A stretch of 64,000 nucleotides of DNA from Eledone cirrhosa (GCA_964016885.1 OZ024746.1:32364001-32428000); one strand, 5' to 3'; shown: positions 38,144-51,759, counted from the first letter of the stretch. Made by a program: numbers and translations. Notes: a model not told the origin generated them from the sequence alone.

Positions 38144-38289
38144 CCCAGTTGTTTCTATGATAACTTGCAGCTTCCGTCGATCAAGGTGGGCACAGACAAG
38201 AGATTTAGTAAGACAGTCGGTACAATCTTTCATTCCATGTAGTGTTGGGATCTTCAACATGGCTAACTGTAACACTTTAACTTCATCGA
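38144..38289 (-). CDS. NPL: NPL-like exon G (FDEVKVLQLAMLKIPTLHGMKDCTDCLTKSLVCAHLDRRKLQVIIETTG)
   Basis: tttcag| acceptor and |gtaaat donor; 146 nt; KIPT..GxK carries the Schiff-base Lys. Confidence 0.9.
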
Positions 38290-38866
38290 CTGAAACCAAA
38301 AATATGGATAATGATCAGGGATAAAAGACATCACATAAAGTAGACTATATATATATAACTAAACTGCTTTGATATATATATATATATATATATATAGTAG
38401 CGTGGAAGATGGACATTAAACAAAGATGATGATGATGATGATGATGATGATGATATATATCATCATCATCACCACGATTTTATGTCCATTTTGCATGCTA
38501 GCATGGGTTATACGAGTTGTCCTGGTGTGGGCATGCTAGGTCAGGTGACCATGTCTTGCTCATACAGAACTGATTTTGATATATATGAATTGGGATAGAA
38601 CCAGTTTGAAACTGGTTAAATCATTACTCAACAGCGTACTTGATACTTGGGGTAGTTGAGTATGGCTATATTTTAAAGAGTCGGGACCCGATTACTGAAT
38701 TCTTGCCATTGGTCCTGACTCTTTAAAATATATAATATATATATGTATCATATGTATATATATCAAAGCAGTTTAGTTTATATGAAGCATTATGAAATAT
38801 ATGGTTAAGATTGTTTGGTGGGAAAGCTGGTACATTCATGCATACATACACACACACACACACACA

Positions 38867-38892
38867 TCTATATATATAAAACTGAGGATGTC

Positions 38893-38923
<31 letters not shown>

Positions 38924-39243
38924 GTCTGTGAGTTTGAATCCCTAAAACTCAGGTTTTTAGGGCTTTTTTGAGGCGTTACGTCTAGCCGATTTTCCTGAAA
39001 TTTCAAGGCATATTATGCACATAAAAAAAATTCATTTTCTTGATGCCCTAGGGCCCACATTAGGTGAAAACCTGCATTTTTCCTGCTTCATCGAGGAAAA
39101 TCTTAAATATTATCCAGCCATCAGAGTATTCAGTTTTTTTTCTTTACATATTGTCCAGGCATGCAGTTTTTCCACGATTAGGTCTGTTGGTGGCCCGCGT
39201 TCCAAAATACCTTATCCCGTGCAACGCCAGGTACCACTGCTAG
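38867..39243 (+). mobile_element. Non-autonomous Helitron-like element
   Basis: A|TCTATATATATAAAA 5' end, (GTCT/GT)n, subterminal GC-rich cccgtgcaacgccagg, CTAG|T 3' end, no TSD. Confidence 0.7.
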
Positions 39244-39309
39244 TATATATATATTAATATATATATATATAATAGGCATACTGCCTATGGACGCATTTAT
39301 TGTAACCCT

Positions 39310-39351
<42 letters not shown>

Positions 39352-39507
39352 TATGTATAGTATTTTCCGTAGTGTTGTAATATGAATATTATACACAGTA
39401 GATGGACAGCTCATGTAGGGTTTGCTCGACGGTTCCAGTTGTAGTTTCAAAAGTAATCCGGAGAAAAATAGAAGGATTTAAATGGATACAGTTCAGTAAA
39501 AGGAATT

Positions 39508-39626
39508 TATTGACACGTGTTTCAATAACAGTTATATAACCTGAAAACGGTTGCTATCTACAAAGTATTAATTATGCAGACACTCAATATTTCAATGTTA
39601 TTTTCAACTATCATTTCATCAGAATA
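39508..39626 (-). ncRNA. Hammerhead ribozyme with extended helix II loop, intronic and sense to NPL
   Basis: tatt CTGATGA aatgatagttg..(~70 nt)..taactgttatt GAAA cacgtg TC aata. Confidence 0.72.
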
Positions 39627-39716
39627 CCACCACCATATGTATATATATGGTAGTAAAATCATGGTAAAAAAGTGAGAGAGAGAGAAAGAGAGATGTATAG
39701 GTGTATTGATACTTAC

Positions 39717-39809
39717 AGTGGACATGTGTCATGTGAGGGATGCTGTAGTAGAAAAATGGTGTAGATGGTGCTACTGCTGCTATGTGTGACAGATAGTCTA
39801 CTAATGTTT
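39717..39809 (-). CDS. NPL: NPL-like exon F (ETLVDYLSHIAAVAPSTPFFYYSIPHMTHVH)
   Basis: ttccag| acceptor and |gtaagt donor; 93 nt; PFxYYxIP with the catalytic Tyr. Confidence 0.95.
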
Positions 39810-40465
39810 CTGGAATATAGAAGAGAAACAACAAAGATTTAAGTTTCATGACAGACAGATAGAGGGCTACATCATCATCATCATTGTTTAACGTCCATTT
39901 TGCATGCTAACAAATATATACATATCACATACAGAGAATAGAGACATACCAGTAATATCACCACTCCTCCTCCTCCTCTTCCCTCCCATTATCATCATCA
40001 TCATCGTCATGATCATCATCATCATTATCATCATCCGTATTATCATCATCATTAACACTCACTGTAAATGAGGTTGGTGTTAGGAAGGGCATCCAGCTGT
40101 AGAAATCAAGCCAAATCAGTTCCTGTATGAGCAAGGCATGGTCAGCCGACCAGACACTGCCCACAACAGGACAACCCGTCTAACCCATGCTAGCGTGGAA
40201 GAAAGGACGTAAAACGGTGATGATGATGATGATGATGATTACCACCACCACCACCACCACACGCACCACTACCACCACCAACACCACCATCACATTAACC
40301 ACCACTAACAACAACACATCTACCACCACAACCATATCCACCGCTATCACCACAACCACCATCACAGAACAAGTGTATATCCAGAAACATTCTAAATTTT
40401 AGAAAAATAAAAACTGACAATAAGTGTAAAAAGATATTCCAATATATTTATGAAAATTTTCTCAC

Positions 40466-40541
40466 CTTCATCCTTTGGTTTATAAAATATTGGACACATA
40501 CAAACAATGGCATCAGCTCCGATAGCTTCAGCATGTTTGGC
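40466..40541 (-). CDS. NPL: NPL-like exon E (AKHAEAIGADAIVCMCPIFYKPKDE)
   Basis: ttccag| acceptor and |gtgaga donor; 76 nt; HAxxxGADA...P.F.KP motif. Confidence 0.95.
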
Positions 40542-41298
40542 CTGGAATTAAAGACAGAACTGGTAACAACAAGATGTCTGCACAATAATGAGTGTATCCT
40601 GGTTTTTTAGAATAGGTACACCATATCCCTGCATGTCTTAAGAGGTGACTAAAAGGGTTGGCATCAGGAAGGTGACATGATAAATAAACATTCAGTCCCT
40701 CCCTGTAAGGTGGTCATACTGGTTACTTGACAAAAGGTACCCAGTCCACCCTGTAAGGTGGTCATGCTGGTAACATGACAAATAAACACCCAGTCCACCC
40801 TGTAAGGTGGTCATGCTGATGACTTGACAAAAAGTACCCAGTCTACCCTGTAGATGGTCATGCTGGTACCTTGATAAAAACGCACCCAGTTCACCCTATC
40901 AGATGATCAATTTGGTGCCACGATAAAAAGAAAAATTAGTCTACACTGTAATGTGGTTGGCATTAGGAAGGACATCCAGCAGTAGAAGCCAAGTCAAAAA
41001 ATAAATCTGTATGAGGAAGAGGTGATTGTCTGATCTGACTGTTAAACTGTGATGATAATGATGATGATGAAGAGCATCTAGCTGTAAAACATTGTCTCAA
41101 ATAATCCCATCTAACCTATGCCAGCATGGAAATGTGGATGTACAAGCAATGATAATGGTGACACTGTTTGTTTGTTTGATACCAACAATTATTTAGTCAA
41201 GCTAAATAAATATTTCACCTGAAATTAAGTAACATGTTTACAAAAAGTTAGAAATAACATGATCTCTAACCAAGTCTGACTGTTTACCTATATATACC

Positions 41299-41476
41299 TG
41301 TATCGGTAGAGGGTCGAACGCCATGCTTTGCAGCATAAAGTTACGGCCCTTTACATTCTGAGTTCAAATGACGCCAAGGTTAACTTTGCCTTTCATCCTT
41401 ATGGGGTTGTTAAAATAAATTACCAGTAATGCACTGGGGTTAATTGCTGGCCTTGTGTCAAAAGTAGAAACAATTA
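41299..41476 (+). mobile_element. SINE family A
   Basis: Matches family consensus. Confidence 0.85.
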
Positions 41477-41770
41477 CCATCATCATCATCATCATCATCA
41501 CCATAATCATCATTAAAAGTTTGATCTCCTTGCTAAAACGGGTTGTACGAGTCATCAGGGAACCATGTTAATATATGATCAGAGCAACTGTCTTCTCAGA
41601 TAGACTGGGAGCTGCATCTCCCTTACATAGATTCCATTAGTATCTAAAACATTTAAATTCAAACATTAACTGAAAAAGTACCCAATACTACTGCCACATT
41701 TCTACTTAGGATATATATACTACACACACACACACATCTCTCTCTCTCCCTATATATATATATATATATG

Positions 41771-41847
41771 CAGGGTGTCCCAAAATATGTATACACATAT
41801 TTACTAGAATGCTGTTGAAGTATGTATACATTTTTTGGGACACCCTG
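41771..41847. mobile_element. Tiny Tc1/mariner-type MITE
   Basis: TIRs cagggtgtcccaaaa..tgtatac / gtataca..ttttgggacaccctg in a TA context. Confidence 0.7.
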
Positions 41848-41862
41848 TATATATATATACAC

Positions 41863-41915
<53 letters not shown>

Positions 41916-41921
<6 letters not shown>

Positions 41922-42096
41922 TCTACTTTAGGCACAAGGCCAGCAATTACCCAGTTCATTACTGGTACTTTATTTTATCGACCCCGTAAGGATGAAAGGC
42001 AAAGTCAACCTCGGCGGGATTTGAACTCAGATCGTAAAGGGACGTAACTATGCTGGAAAGCATGGCGTCCGACCCTCTACCGATACTGCCAATCCA
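41916..42096 (-). mobile_element. SINE family A
   Basis: Near-identical reverse complement of 24056-24240. Confidence 0.9.
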
Positions 42097-42219
42097 TATA
42101 TATATTGATATTATATTGTGTAATGTACTGAAACACATGTCAGAATTACTAATAATAATTGATAAACGAAATAATTAATATCAACATCTATGCCTCAGTG
42201 ATTTTTCCACAATCCTTGA

Positions 42220-42258
<39 letters not shown>

Positions 42259-42261
<3 letters not shown>

Positions 42262-42401
42262 CACACCAGTCAAATGGGGCAAAATGGGGAGATTTTACAT
42301 AATGGAAGCTATACCCATTTTCACATCAGATGACATCTGTCACCCACCCCGAAGTGGATGGGAGATGTCCCCGTCCGACGGGGAGATTTGACAGGTCTGA
42401 T
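42259..42401. mobile_element. Possible MITE with imperfect 17-bp TIRs
   Basis: tatcacaccagtcaaat ... atttgacaggtctgata, flanked by TA repeats. Confidence 0.45.
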
Positions 42402-42599
42402 ATATACATATATATATCTCAGAATTCTGGACAGTTAATGTCAGTTTTTAGTTGTGAGCTAGTTTTGAATTGTTTACTTGTATTTACCGCATTGATCCAT
42501 GTTTTTCAAATTGCTAAGCTGTGCTGAGTTACTTCTCTTCAGAGAGTTGCCTACCTTGCACGAACATGTATGCTACAAGATACACCAGCATGAACATAT

Positions 42600-43150
42600 A
42601 CGATATTGTCAAAGCTATATGTTAGATACATCAACAGATAAGACGATGTAGACATAACTATATGTTAGATACATCAACAGATAGACGATATAGACATAAC
42701 TATATGTTAGATACATCAACAGATAAGACGATGTAGACATAACTATATGTTAGAAACATCAACAGGAAAGATGATATAGACATAACTATACGTTAGAAAC
42801 CTCAACAGATAAGACGATATAGACATAACTATATGTTAAAAACAACAGATAAGACGATATAGACATAACTATATGTTAGAAACATCAACAGATAAGACGA
42901 TATAGACATAACTATACGTTAGAAACCTCAACAGATAAGACGATATAGACATAACTATATGTTATAAACATCAACAGATAAGACGATATTGATTTAGCTA
43001 TATGTTAGAAACATCAACAGATAAGACGATATTGATTTAGCTATATGTTAGATACATTAACAGATAAGACAATATAGTCATAGTAAATTAAGCTGTATAG
43101 TTAGACACATCAACAGATTAGACGACATATGTCAATATGATATGTTAGAC
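42600..43150. repeat. 43-bp minisatellite (gacataactatatgttagatacatcaacagataagacgatata)
   Basis: About 12 copies, ending about 55 nt from the donor of NPL exon D. Confidence 0.9.
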
Positions 43151-43204
43151 AAGGACAATATACATCATACTCAATGTAAAGGTCATACTGTATGTTAAAC
43201 TTAC

Positions 43205-43262
43205 CAATTCTATGGAACTTCTTAGATTAGCAGCACCAACGTGAAGTATTACTTTCTTTAAT
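43205..43262 (-). CDS. NPL: NPL-like exon D (LKKVILHVGAANLRSSIEL)
   Basis: ttcag| acceptor and |gtaagt donor; 58 nt; VIxHVGA motif typical of NAL. Confidence 0.95.
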
Positions 43263-44278
43263 CTGAATAAACAAATAAACAAACAAACAAATAAATAAGC
43301 AAATAAATAAATAAATATACACCCAAATATATATGTGGTTAATGTTAGGAAGGGCATCCAACTGTAAAAATCCCAGCCAAATTTACAGTTCCGTATGAGT
43401 AAGGTACGGCGCGTCCAATCTAGCCAGGCTTGTCTTATGACGTGGACGACCCGTCCAATCCATGTAAGCACGGAAAATGGACGTTTCACGGTGATGATGA
43501 TGGTGATGTATCTAATTTTGTCAATTGCCTGAACTTAAACAAGTCTACATCAATCCATTGCTATCCACAAACTCAAGTAAACCCAATCCATAAATCTACA
43601 CCCCCCCCTCTCTCTCTATATATATTACTAAGACCACCAAATGCCTTAACTTGACTAATATCTTGTAAGTGGAAATTAGTAGGCAGAAACTGTGTGTGTG
43701 TGTGTGTTGCATGCGTGTGTTGTGTCTGTGCATGTGTTTGTGTATATGTGTTTGTGTTTATGTGTATGAGCATGTGTGTCCGTATTTGTGTGTTGTAACT
43801 TAGAAGTTCGAAAAAGAAAAAAAAAACATAAAAACAGATAGGTAAAATAAGTACCAGGATTTAAATATATAGGTACTTGAGTCGATATGATCTACAAAAT
43901 TGCTTCGAGGCAGTGCTCCAGTATGGCCGCAAACTAATGACAAACCAGTAAAAGTGGTATAAAATGTTTGTCTATGGTATAATAATATGTAGTTAATGAT
44001 AAATATACAACAGGAGTTTACGAGAGACAACTCTTATGCTTGAAATATTTCCTTGCATAAGATAATTAAAGTTGCCTCCCCTTTCTTGTGTATACATAGC
44101 AAATTAGCAAGCCGACCTCAGTAGTGGCTGCTGCTGTTGCTGCTACTGCTACTACCACTACTACTATTGCTGCTGCTACTGCTACTGTTGTTGCTGCTGT
44201 TGTTGTTGTTTAAATCTGGTTTGACTCAGTTCCAGACATTACTATCACATCTTTTATTTGAGATAATGTATCTAGGAC

Positions 44279-44600
44279 TAGGCGGCGAATTGGCAGAGTC
44301 ATTAAAACGTCGGCTAGACTGCTTTCCGGTTTCCGTCCCACCCCATTGTGCGCTCTGAGTTCAAATCCCGCCGTGGTCAACTTTGCCTTTCATCCCTTCG
44401 AGGTCGATAAAAAAAATGTACCAGTCCAATACTGGGGTCGATTCTTCCTCTATAGAAAAAAAATCGGCTGTGTTCAGACCTGGAGAGGGTTGGGTCCTGC
44501 CAGGTTTAAAAGTGCCCCAGACATACGGTGTCTCTACGACTCCACAAGGAGTTATGAGATCTTCCCAATCTAGGACTAAATTATCGAAGGTAACCTTCAT
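44279..44600 (+). mobile_element. SINE with family-A head and a different 3' body
   Basis: ggcggcgaattggcagagtc...gagttcaaatcccgcc...ctttcatcccttcgaggtcgataaa; the body is also seen degenerate at approx. 37040-37160. Confidence 0.65.
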
Positions 44601-45659
44601 TTAAAAAAATAGAGTATGATGAGATTTGGCTGCTATTTCTAGTAGAGTTATCAACCAATTCTTCTGTCTGTTTTCTGTTGTAAGGTGCAGGCATGGCTGT
44701 ATAATATAAGGTAATTGAAATGCTTGGTGCCACCACCACCACCACCACCATACATATGTGTGTATGTATATGTGTGTATGTCTATGTGTGTGTGAACACG
44801 TGTGTGTGTGTGTCTATGTGTGCGAATGTGTGTGTATATATGTGTGTATGTATATGTTTGTGTGTGTATGCGTACATATGTATGCCTATGTGTGTTTATG
44901 TGTGTGTTTGTGTGAGTACATATGTGTGTGTATGTCTATGTGGGTGTATGTGAGTGAATATATGTGTGTTTATCTATGTCTGTGTATGAACATCTGTCTG
45001 TGTATGTCTGTATGTGTACTTATGTGCTTGTGTGTATGTCCATGTGTGTGTATGTATATGTCTATATGTGTGTACATGTGTGTATGTCTATGTGTACATA
45101 TGTGTGTGTACATATATATATATATATGTGTGTGTGTTTGTGTGTGTGATCTGCGTGGTAGTCAAGATAATAGCAAGTAATACTCCAGTTTATAATACAA
45201 TGAATAAGACTCCATCATGGCAGTTAATAACTAACAAATTATACTTTGTAATAACGTCTCTATTTCTTTGTTGTTTAATTTGAGATTCCATTAACTGCTA
45301 ATTACTGAAAGGTGTGGTATATAGTCAACCATCAGCTTAATTTAATGACTAATTATATAGCTCTAATCTAGCTGGATCAACATTTAATAAATATATATAT
45401 ATATATATAGCCCCCCCACCATCACCGCCACCACCACCTTATCACCACCACCACCATCATCATCATCATCGTCGTCATTGTTTAACGTCCATCTTCCACG
45501 CTAGCATGTGTATATAACTATATATTATAATATTATCATCATCATCGTTTTTATGTCCATTTTTCTATGCTTGCATGGGTTGGATGGGTCATCTTCTCTG
45601 TGTGTTTCAGAGATTTGAGATCAGTTTGTAACACATTTACCCAGGTCTTTCTTGGTCAA

Positions 45660-46345
45660 CCTCAACTGAGGTGCCCCAGCACGGGCACAGTCCATTGACT
45701 GAAACCAGTGAAAGAAATACAAGAATGTGGTGCCTCAGCATGGCCACAGTCCAATGACTGAAACCAGTGAAAGAAATACAAGAATGTGGTGCCCCAGCAT
45801 GGCCACTGTCCAATGACTGAATCCAGTGAAAGCAATACAAGAATGTATTGTCCGAGCATGGACTAACCAATGAATTAAAGCCAGTAGAAGAGTGTGGTAC
45901 CCCAGCATGGCCACAGTCCAATGATAGAACAATAATGCAATACAATAATGTGGTGCTCCAGGATGGCAACAGTCACCAGTGATCAATACAAGACTGTGTT
46001 GCCCCAGCATGACCACAGTCCAATGACTGAAGCCAGTGAAAGCAATACAAGACTGTGGTGCTCCAGCATGGCCACTGTCCAATGACTGAAACAAGTGAAA
46101 GAAATACAAGAATGTGGTGCCCCAGCATGGCCACTGTCCAATGACTGAAACAAGTGAAAGAAATACAAGAATGTGGTGCCCCAGCATGGCCACTGTCCAA
46201 TGACTGAAACCAGTGAAAGTAATACAAGACTGTGGTGCTCCAGCATGGCCACTGTCCAATGACTGAAACCACTGAAAGCAATACAAGACTGTGATGCTCC
46301 AGCATGGCCACTGTCCTATGACTGAAACCAGTGAAAGCAATTCAA
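45660..46345. repeat. 59-bp tandem array (gtggtgccccagcatggccactgtccaatgactgaaaccagtgaaagaaatacaagaat)
   Basis: About 11 copies; the unit matches a dispersed SINE-tail motif also at 47570-47980. Confidence 0.9.
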
Positions 46346-47123
46346 GACTATCAGTGTTGTTGTCTAATTGACATGGCAGAGTAGTAGCCATTGTTCAATC
46401 AAACAAACTCACTAATTAACAAAACAAAGTCAACAGATTCTTTATTGTTAATAGCAAATGGATGTTTATCTACACCTCCTTTACTCCATCACTTACCCCT
46501 AGGCCACGTGCTTCCACTACACATATATACACCCACACACAATCACTCCCATGAACACACACAGAAACACATGCATACACACACAGTAGCTGATGTCATT
46601 CAGAGAATGAGAGAGAGAGCAAGAGAGAGAGGGAGAGACAGAGAGAGAGAAAGTGAGGGGAAGTGATAAAGAATTATAGAGGCAAAATTGATCCCTGTAC
46701 ACTACTGGACAGGTACTTTTTTATTGACCTTGAAAGAATGGAAGGCAAAGCTGACTTCGATGGGGTCTAAACTGAGAGAGTGCAGAGAGCCAGAACAAAT
46801 ACCACAAAGCATTCTATTTGATGTTTTAATAACAACTCTGTCAATTCATTGCCTTAAGGTCTATCCTGTCTATATAAGAAGATATAAGTGTACCTATAGT
46901 TATGATGATGATGATGTTACAGAATGTCTCACAAACAATGTCTCCCAATCACCCACCTCCCAAACAATTCTCCACCCTACACACAATATCCTCCCACACA
47001 ACGTTGTCTCTACCTCACACACAATTCTCTGTAATATTCCTCACCCCACTCAATCACAGAACCTCTGTGTAATGTGCTACTGTCCACAGACAAATGCTAA
47101 TTTATAATGTTATTCCTACTTAC

Positions 47124-47211
47124 TTCCCCCTAGCAGCATTGATCCATCCGACAGCAGCAAGTTTCCGTTCATCAATTGTGAGTGCCATGCCTTCTCCAGT
47201 GGTTCCATTTA
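47124..47211 (-). CDS. NPL: NPL-like exon C (VNGTTGEGMALTIDERKLAAVGWINAARGK)
   Basis: ttgcag| acceptor and |gtaagt donor; 88 nt; contains the GTTGE pyruvate-binding motif. Confidence 0.95.
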
Positions 47212-47569
47212 CTGCAAGAGTTACAAAGAAATGGTGGGTGAGAAAGAACTGCAAATATATACATTTATGTATGATGGTTTATAAGGAAGCAATTCAGTGG
47301 ATACCTTGTCCCCTTCCCCCCAGTAAGACAGGAAGCAGATGACTAAGAGGCTGAGAAACGACCACTCAGATGTCCCATGGTAAATACTTAATCTCTACAA
47401 TTAGCTCAGTTTGAAAAAATGTAGGTTTAGCTGATCTCATATAAGTTTACATCTTATAGGAGGTTTCTCTGGTGGTTTAATGATAGAGGTCCTCAATCCT
47501 ATCATGAAATACAACATGAAATGAAGTGTCATGCTCAAAAACCCAACGCATGGTCTAGTCAAGCCTGCG

Positions 47570-47980
47570 ACCATGCTCGGGCATCACATTCTTTTACTGG
47601 TTTCAGTCATTAGACTGTGAGCATGCTGGAGCACTACATTCTTGTATTATTTTACTGGCTTCAGTCACTCGACTGTGGCTATGCTGGGGCACCACATTCT
47701 TTTACTGATATCAGTCATTTGACTGTGGCCATGCTGGGGCACCACATTCTTTTGCTGGCTTCAGTCATTTACATTGTGGTCATGCTACAGTCACTAGACT
47801 GTGGCCATGCTACAGCACTGTCTTGAAAGGTTTTTTTAGTTGATCATACCTTTCAAGACAGTGCTGTAGCATGGCCACAGTCTAGTGACTGAAAGCAATA
47901 AAAAATACAAGATTGTGGTGTTCCAACATAACCACAATGTAAATGACTGAAGCCAGCAAAAGAATGTGGTGCCCCAGTAC
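47570..47980. repeat. Tandem units of the same motif ending in a fold-back centred near 47840
   Basis: cagtcactagactgtggccatgctacagcactgtcttgaaagg and its reverse complement flank a short spacer. Confidence 0.75.
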
Positions 47981-49359
47981 TTATTTATTCAAGTTTGGTA
48001 CTTATTTTATCAATCTCTTTTTGTTGAACCACTAAGTTATAGGACATAGAGAAAACAGTAAACACACACATCTACCTATATATATATATATGCATGACTT
48101 TATTATTGTGATTCCAATACCCTAACCACTAACCACTATAAAAGAGTGAATGTGAGCCATCATGTAGAAGATTCTTCCCTCTCAATTTTTCAGCTTCAAG
48201 AACTTTAGTGAGAATGACATCTCATATTTGTTGCCATGAGTCGTTTCTCATAAAAACAGGGACAAAGTTTATTTTCACTGGTGTTACATTCACCTTTATT
48301 GAGACACCCCTTTTGATATCATCCTGTCCACTTATCAGAAGCTCCCTAGCTTCTTTCTAAATCATCTTATATTACAATATACACTATTTATTATATTGAT
48401 GTGTCAATGAGGGTCTTTATATGACCTGAAAGAAACAGTAGCTAAATCTCCCTCAAATTACACCAGACAGTCTTAAAAAATGCAAGACACATTGGACAAT
48501 GTACTTCTAGATATACTAAAAGATGAGATGGTCATAATTGGAACACAACTGATCATAAATTTGTTTACATACAGAATATTTACTTAAGATCAATAAACTT
48601 TCAATTTGATTGATAGAGTTTAAATAGAAATATTACATGAATACTAGATTAATATTTGGTGACCAGATTTTATTACTAAGTCAATAATTGTGATTGTATG
48701 AGAAATGATAGTATGTGTGTATATTAAAGTGGTGCAAGGGTGAGAGTGGTGGGAGATTGGCAAAATCAGTAGAGCGTCAGCTGAAATGCTTTGCAGTATT
48801 TTATTTCTCTAGGATTTCTTACATTCTGAGTAAAACAATTCCTCTGAGATCAACTTTGCTTTTCATCGTTCTGGGAATCAATAAAATAATGTAGCAGTTA
48901 AATATCGGGGGCTTATATATTTAACTTTCTCCTTGCCCTTAACTGCTGGCCTTGTGCCAATGTAAGAACAGACTAATACTTAAGGATGATTCCTGCTACG
49001 GTGGGGGTTAACTAGTTAGTTAGGAGACGGTTGGCATATTTGGCTCACAATTATAAGGTCATGAGTTCAATTCCTGGTGGTGAGTTGTGTCCTTGAGCAA
49101 GACACTTTATTTCACATTGCTTCAGTTCATTCAGCAGTAAAAATGAGTTGCGAAGTCACTGGTGCCAAGATATTGACCTTTGCCTTTCTTTACCTTAGAC
49201 AACATCGGTTGTGTGGAGTGGGAAGACAGGCACGCATGGGTGACTGCTGGTCTTCCACAAATAACATTATCCAGGCTTGTGCCTAGGTGGGAAACTTTCT
49301 AGGTGCAACATCCATGGTCACTGTGACCAAAGAGGTTCTTTACTATCATCATCATCATC

Positions 49360-49649
49360 ATCATTTCATTTTACGTCCGTTTTTCCCTGCTTGCAAGGGT
49401 GGGACAGAAACTGATTCTGGCTTGATTTCTACAGCTGGATGCCCTCCCTAACTCCAACCTCATTTAGAGTGAGTGCTGGGTACTTTTTTGCCGTGGCACC
49501 TCCACGATCACTTTGCAGTGGAATATGGACCCCAGTCCCTATCATCTCATTTCTGCAGCTGAGTAAACTGGAGCAATGTGAAATAAAGTGTCTTGCTCAA
49601 GGAAACAACACATCACTCGGTCTGAGAATTGAACTCACAACCTTTCGAT

Positions 49650-49650
<1 letters not shown>
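49360..49650 (-). mobile_element. SINE family B, head truncated at (TA)n
   Basis: Matches 9645-9985. Confidence 0.85.
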
Positions 49651-49705
<55 letters not shown>

Positions 49706-50540
49706 TATATATACATATTTCATATTATAGAAATGACTTCTACAGGATAAAAACTTGTTCATTCATATGAAATCATCAAGAATATCCATTCTGATGTTTC
49801 CATATGAATGAAACAGCACTAGTCTTGCAGAAGTCATTTCTATATAAAATAAAGCTACCTATATGCTATCAACACATTGGGTACCTTTTTTTTTGTGTGA
49901 TCATTTCCCAATTCCCATCAGGAATCCACCCTTAATTATATACATACATATATATATATATACATATATATATCCTTATCTGAGTGTGAATTACAATTAT
50001 GAAAGAATGAACCCTCGATATGCAAACACAAATATGTAAACATTAAAATACATGGCAACTAAATGTATGTTTTAGTTGGTACTCAAAGTTTTATGATGAT
50101 ATCCCGTTTATCGTGGTGCCATCAATCTTCTTCCTTTATGAAAAAATATACAATTGCTTCCAAGAACTCGTTTACTTCCAGTTCTGAATCACTTTAAAAA
50201 TATTTTTTATTTTTTGTTGTTTTCTCATTAAGGGGAGGCAACTCTTGGGAAATTAGAAATCTTTTTATATACACACACACACATATACATATAGAGACAT
50301 GTATATGTATGTGTATATATGTGCGTATGTGTAAATGTGTGTGTACGTATATGTATGTGTGTATATACGTATCTGTGTGTATATATATATGTATGCATGT
50401 GTGTGCGTGTGTGTATATATGTATGTATATGTATATATATATGTGTGTATATATGTATGTATGTGTATATATATATGTGTGTATATATGTGTATGTGTAT
50501 ATATGTATGTGCATATATATGTAAAGAAATGCTCACTTAC

Positions 50541-50611
50541 CAAAGATATTGTCGACCTGACTCCGTAACAAGAAATCAATATAGAGATCAAAGCTGGAGA
50601 AATCAATATCT
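50541..50611 (-). CDS. NPL: NPL-like exon B (DIDFSSFDLYIDFLLRSQVDNIF)
   Basis: ttcacag| acceptor, G|gtaagt donor; 71 nt, phase-compatible with both neighbours. Confidence 0.9.
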
Positions 50612-51759
50612 CTGTGAAATAGAGAAACATTTTGTTATTTCACAGCATTGTAATTTCATATTGTAACAACAGATACAAATGTGTGTGTGTGTGTGTTTTG
50701 AGCATGCATGTACATACATGTATATGTGTGAGTTGTACATGTGTGTATGCATGTGTGTGTGTGTGTATATGCATATGTGTGTATTTATGTTTTGTGTGTA
50801 TGTGTGTATGTGTGTATATGTGTGTAAGTTTCTGTATTTCTCTTTCTCTCTGTGTGTGTATATGTCTGTTTGTCTCTGTGTGTGTGTGTGTATGTATGTG
50901 TGTTTGTGTCAGTTCTGATGATGAGTGTTCCAATTAATTTGATCGATCAACAAAACAGCCTGCTCTTGAAATTAACATGCAAGTATCTGAGCATTCCCCA
51001 GATACATGTACCCTTAACATAATTCTCAGGAAGATTCAGCTCGACACAGTGTGTGAAATAGCTGGCTCTTTGAAATACAGGTGCAATTTATTTTTTCCAG
51101 CTCAGTGGACAGGAGTAGCATGAAATCAAATGTCTTGCTTAAGGACACAACACATCACTGGGAATCAAACTCAACCTTAGGATCATGAGCTGAACCCCCT
51201 AACCATTAGGCATCTATACATAACTACTACATACATATAGATAGGACTATATTCATAATTATTCCTACAATTATCAATATTATCATTTACAGCTGAAATA
51301 TACATCCAGTGTAAAGTGGTTTTGTAAGTGTCACAACAAAAAGCACCAGTACACACTGTAAATGAGGTTGGCATTAGGAAAAGCATCCAGCTGTATAAAC
51401 CAAGCCCAAATCGGTTCTGTATGAGCATGTCATGGTCACCTGACCTGGCATTGCTTGCAACAGGATAACTTGTCTAACCCATGCCAGCACGGAAAAATGA
51501 ATGTTATATGTGATGATAATGATGCTATGTAAATAAGGATATTATTTTTTTCCCATATTACCGGGAAGTATAAAAAAAAGTTGTTAAAAATGCACACTTA
51601 TTTATTTACATTCATTAATATAACCGGTTTCAGTTTCATGATTTTGAAAAAAAGTCATGTGAAATGGTGTGGCATGGATCTATGGCATAACTGTAGCACC
51701 TACATTATTAATGTCAGCTTTAAGTTGTGTATGAATGTGTGCATATATATACATATATA

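Noticed and set aside
38144-38289. HOGA1 or DHDPS assignment for the gene because of GMKD
   Set aside because: The rest of the protein (NGTTGEG, VILHVGA, AAVAP.TPFFYY.IP, KIPT, GP.RLPL) fits NPL much better.
45660-46345. Regularly spaced repeats resembling a CRISPR array (also 54380-54835)
   Set aside because: Contiguous tandem units with no unique spacers, no cas genes, eukaryotic context.
49725-49845. Imperfect palindrome with CTGATGT..GAAA hammerhead-like remnants
   Set aside because: The core is mutated in both arms and helix I does not pair; at most a decayed relic.
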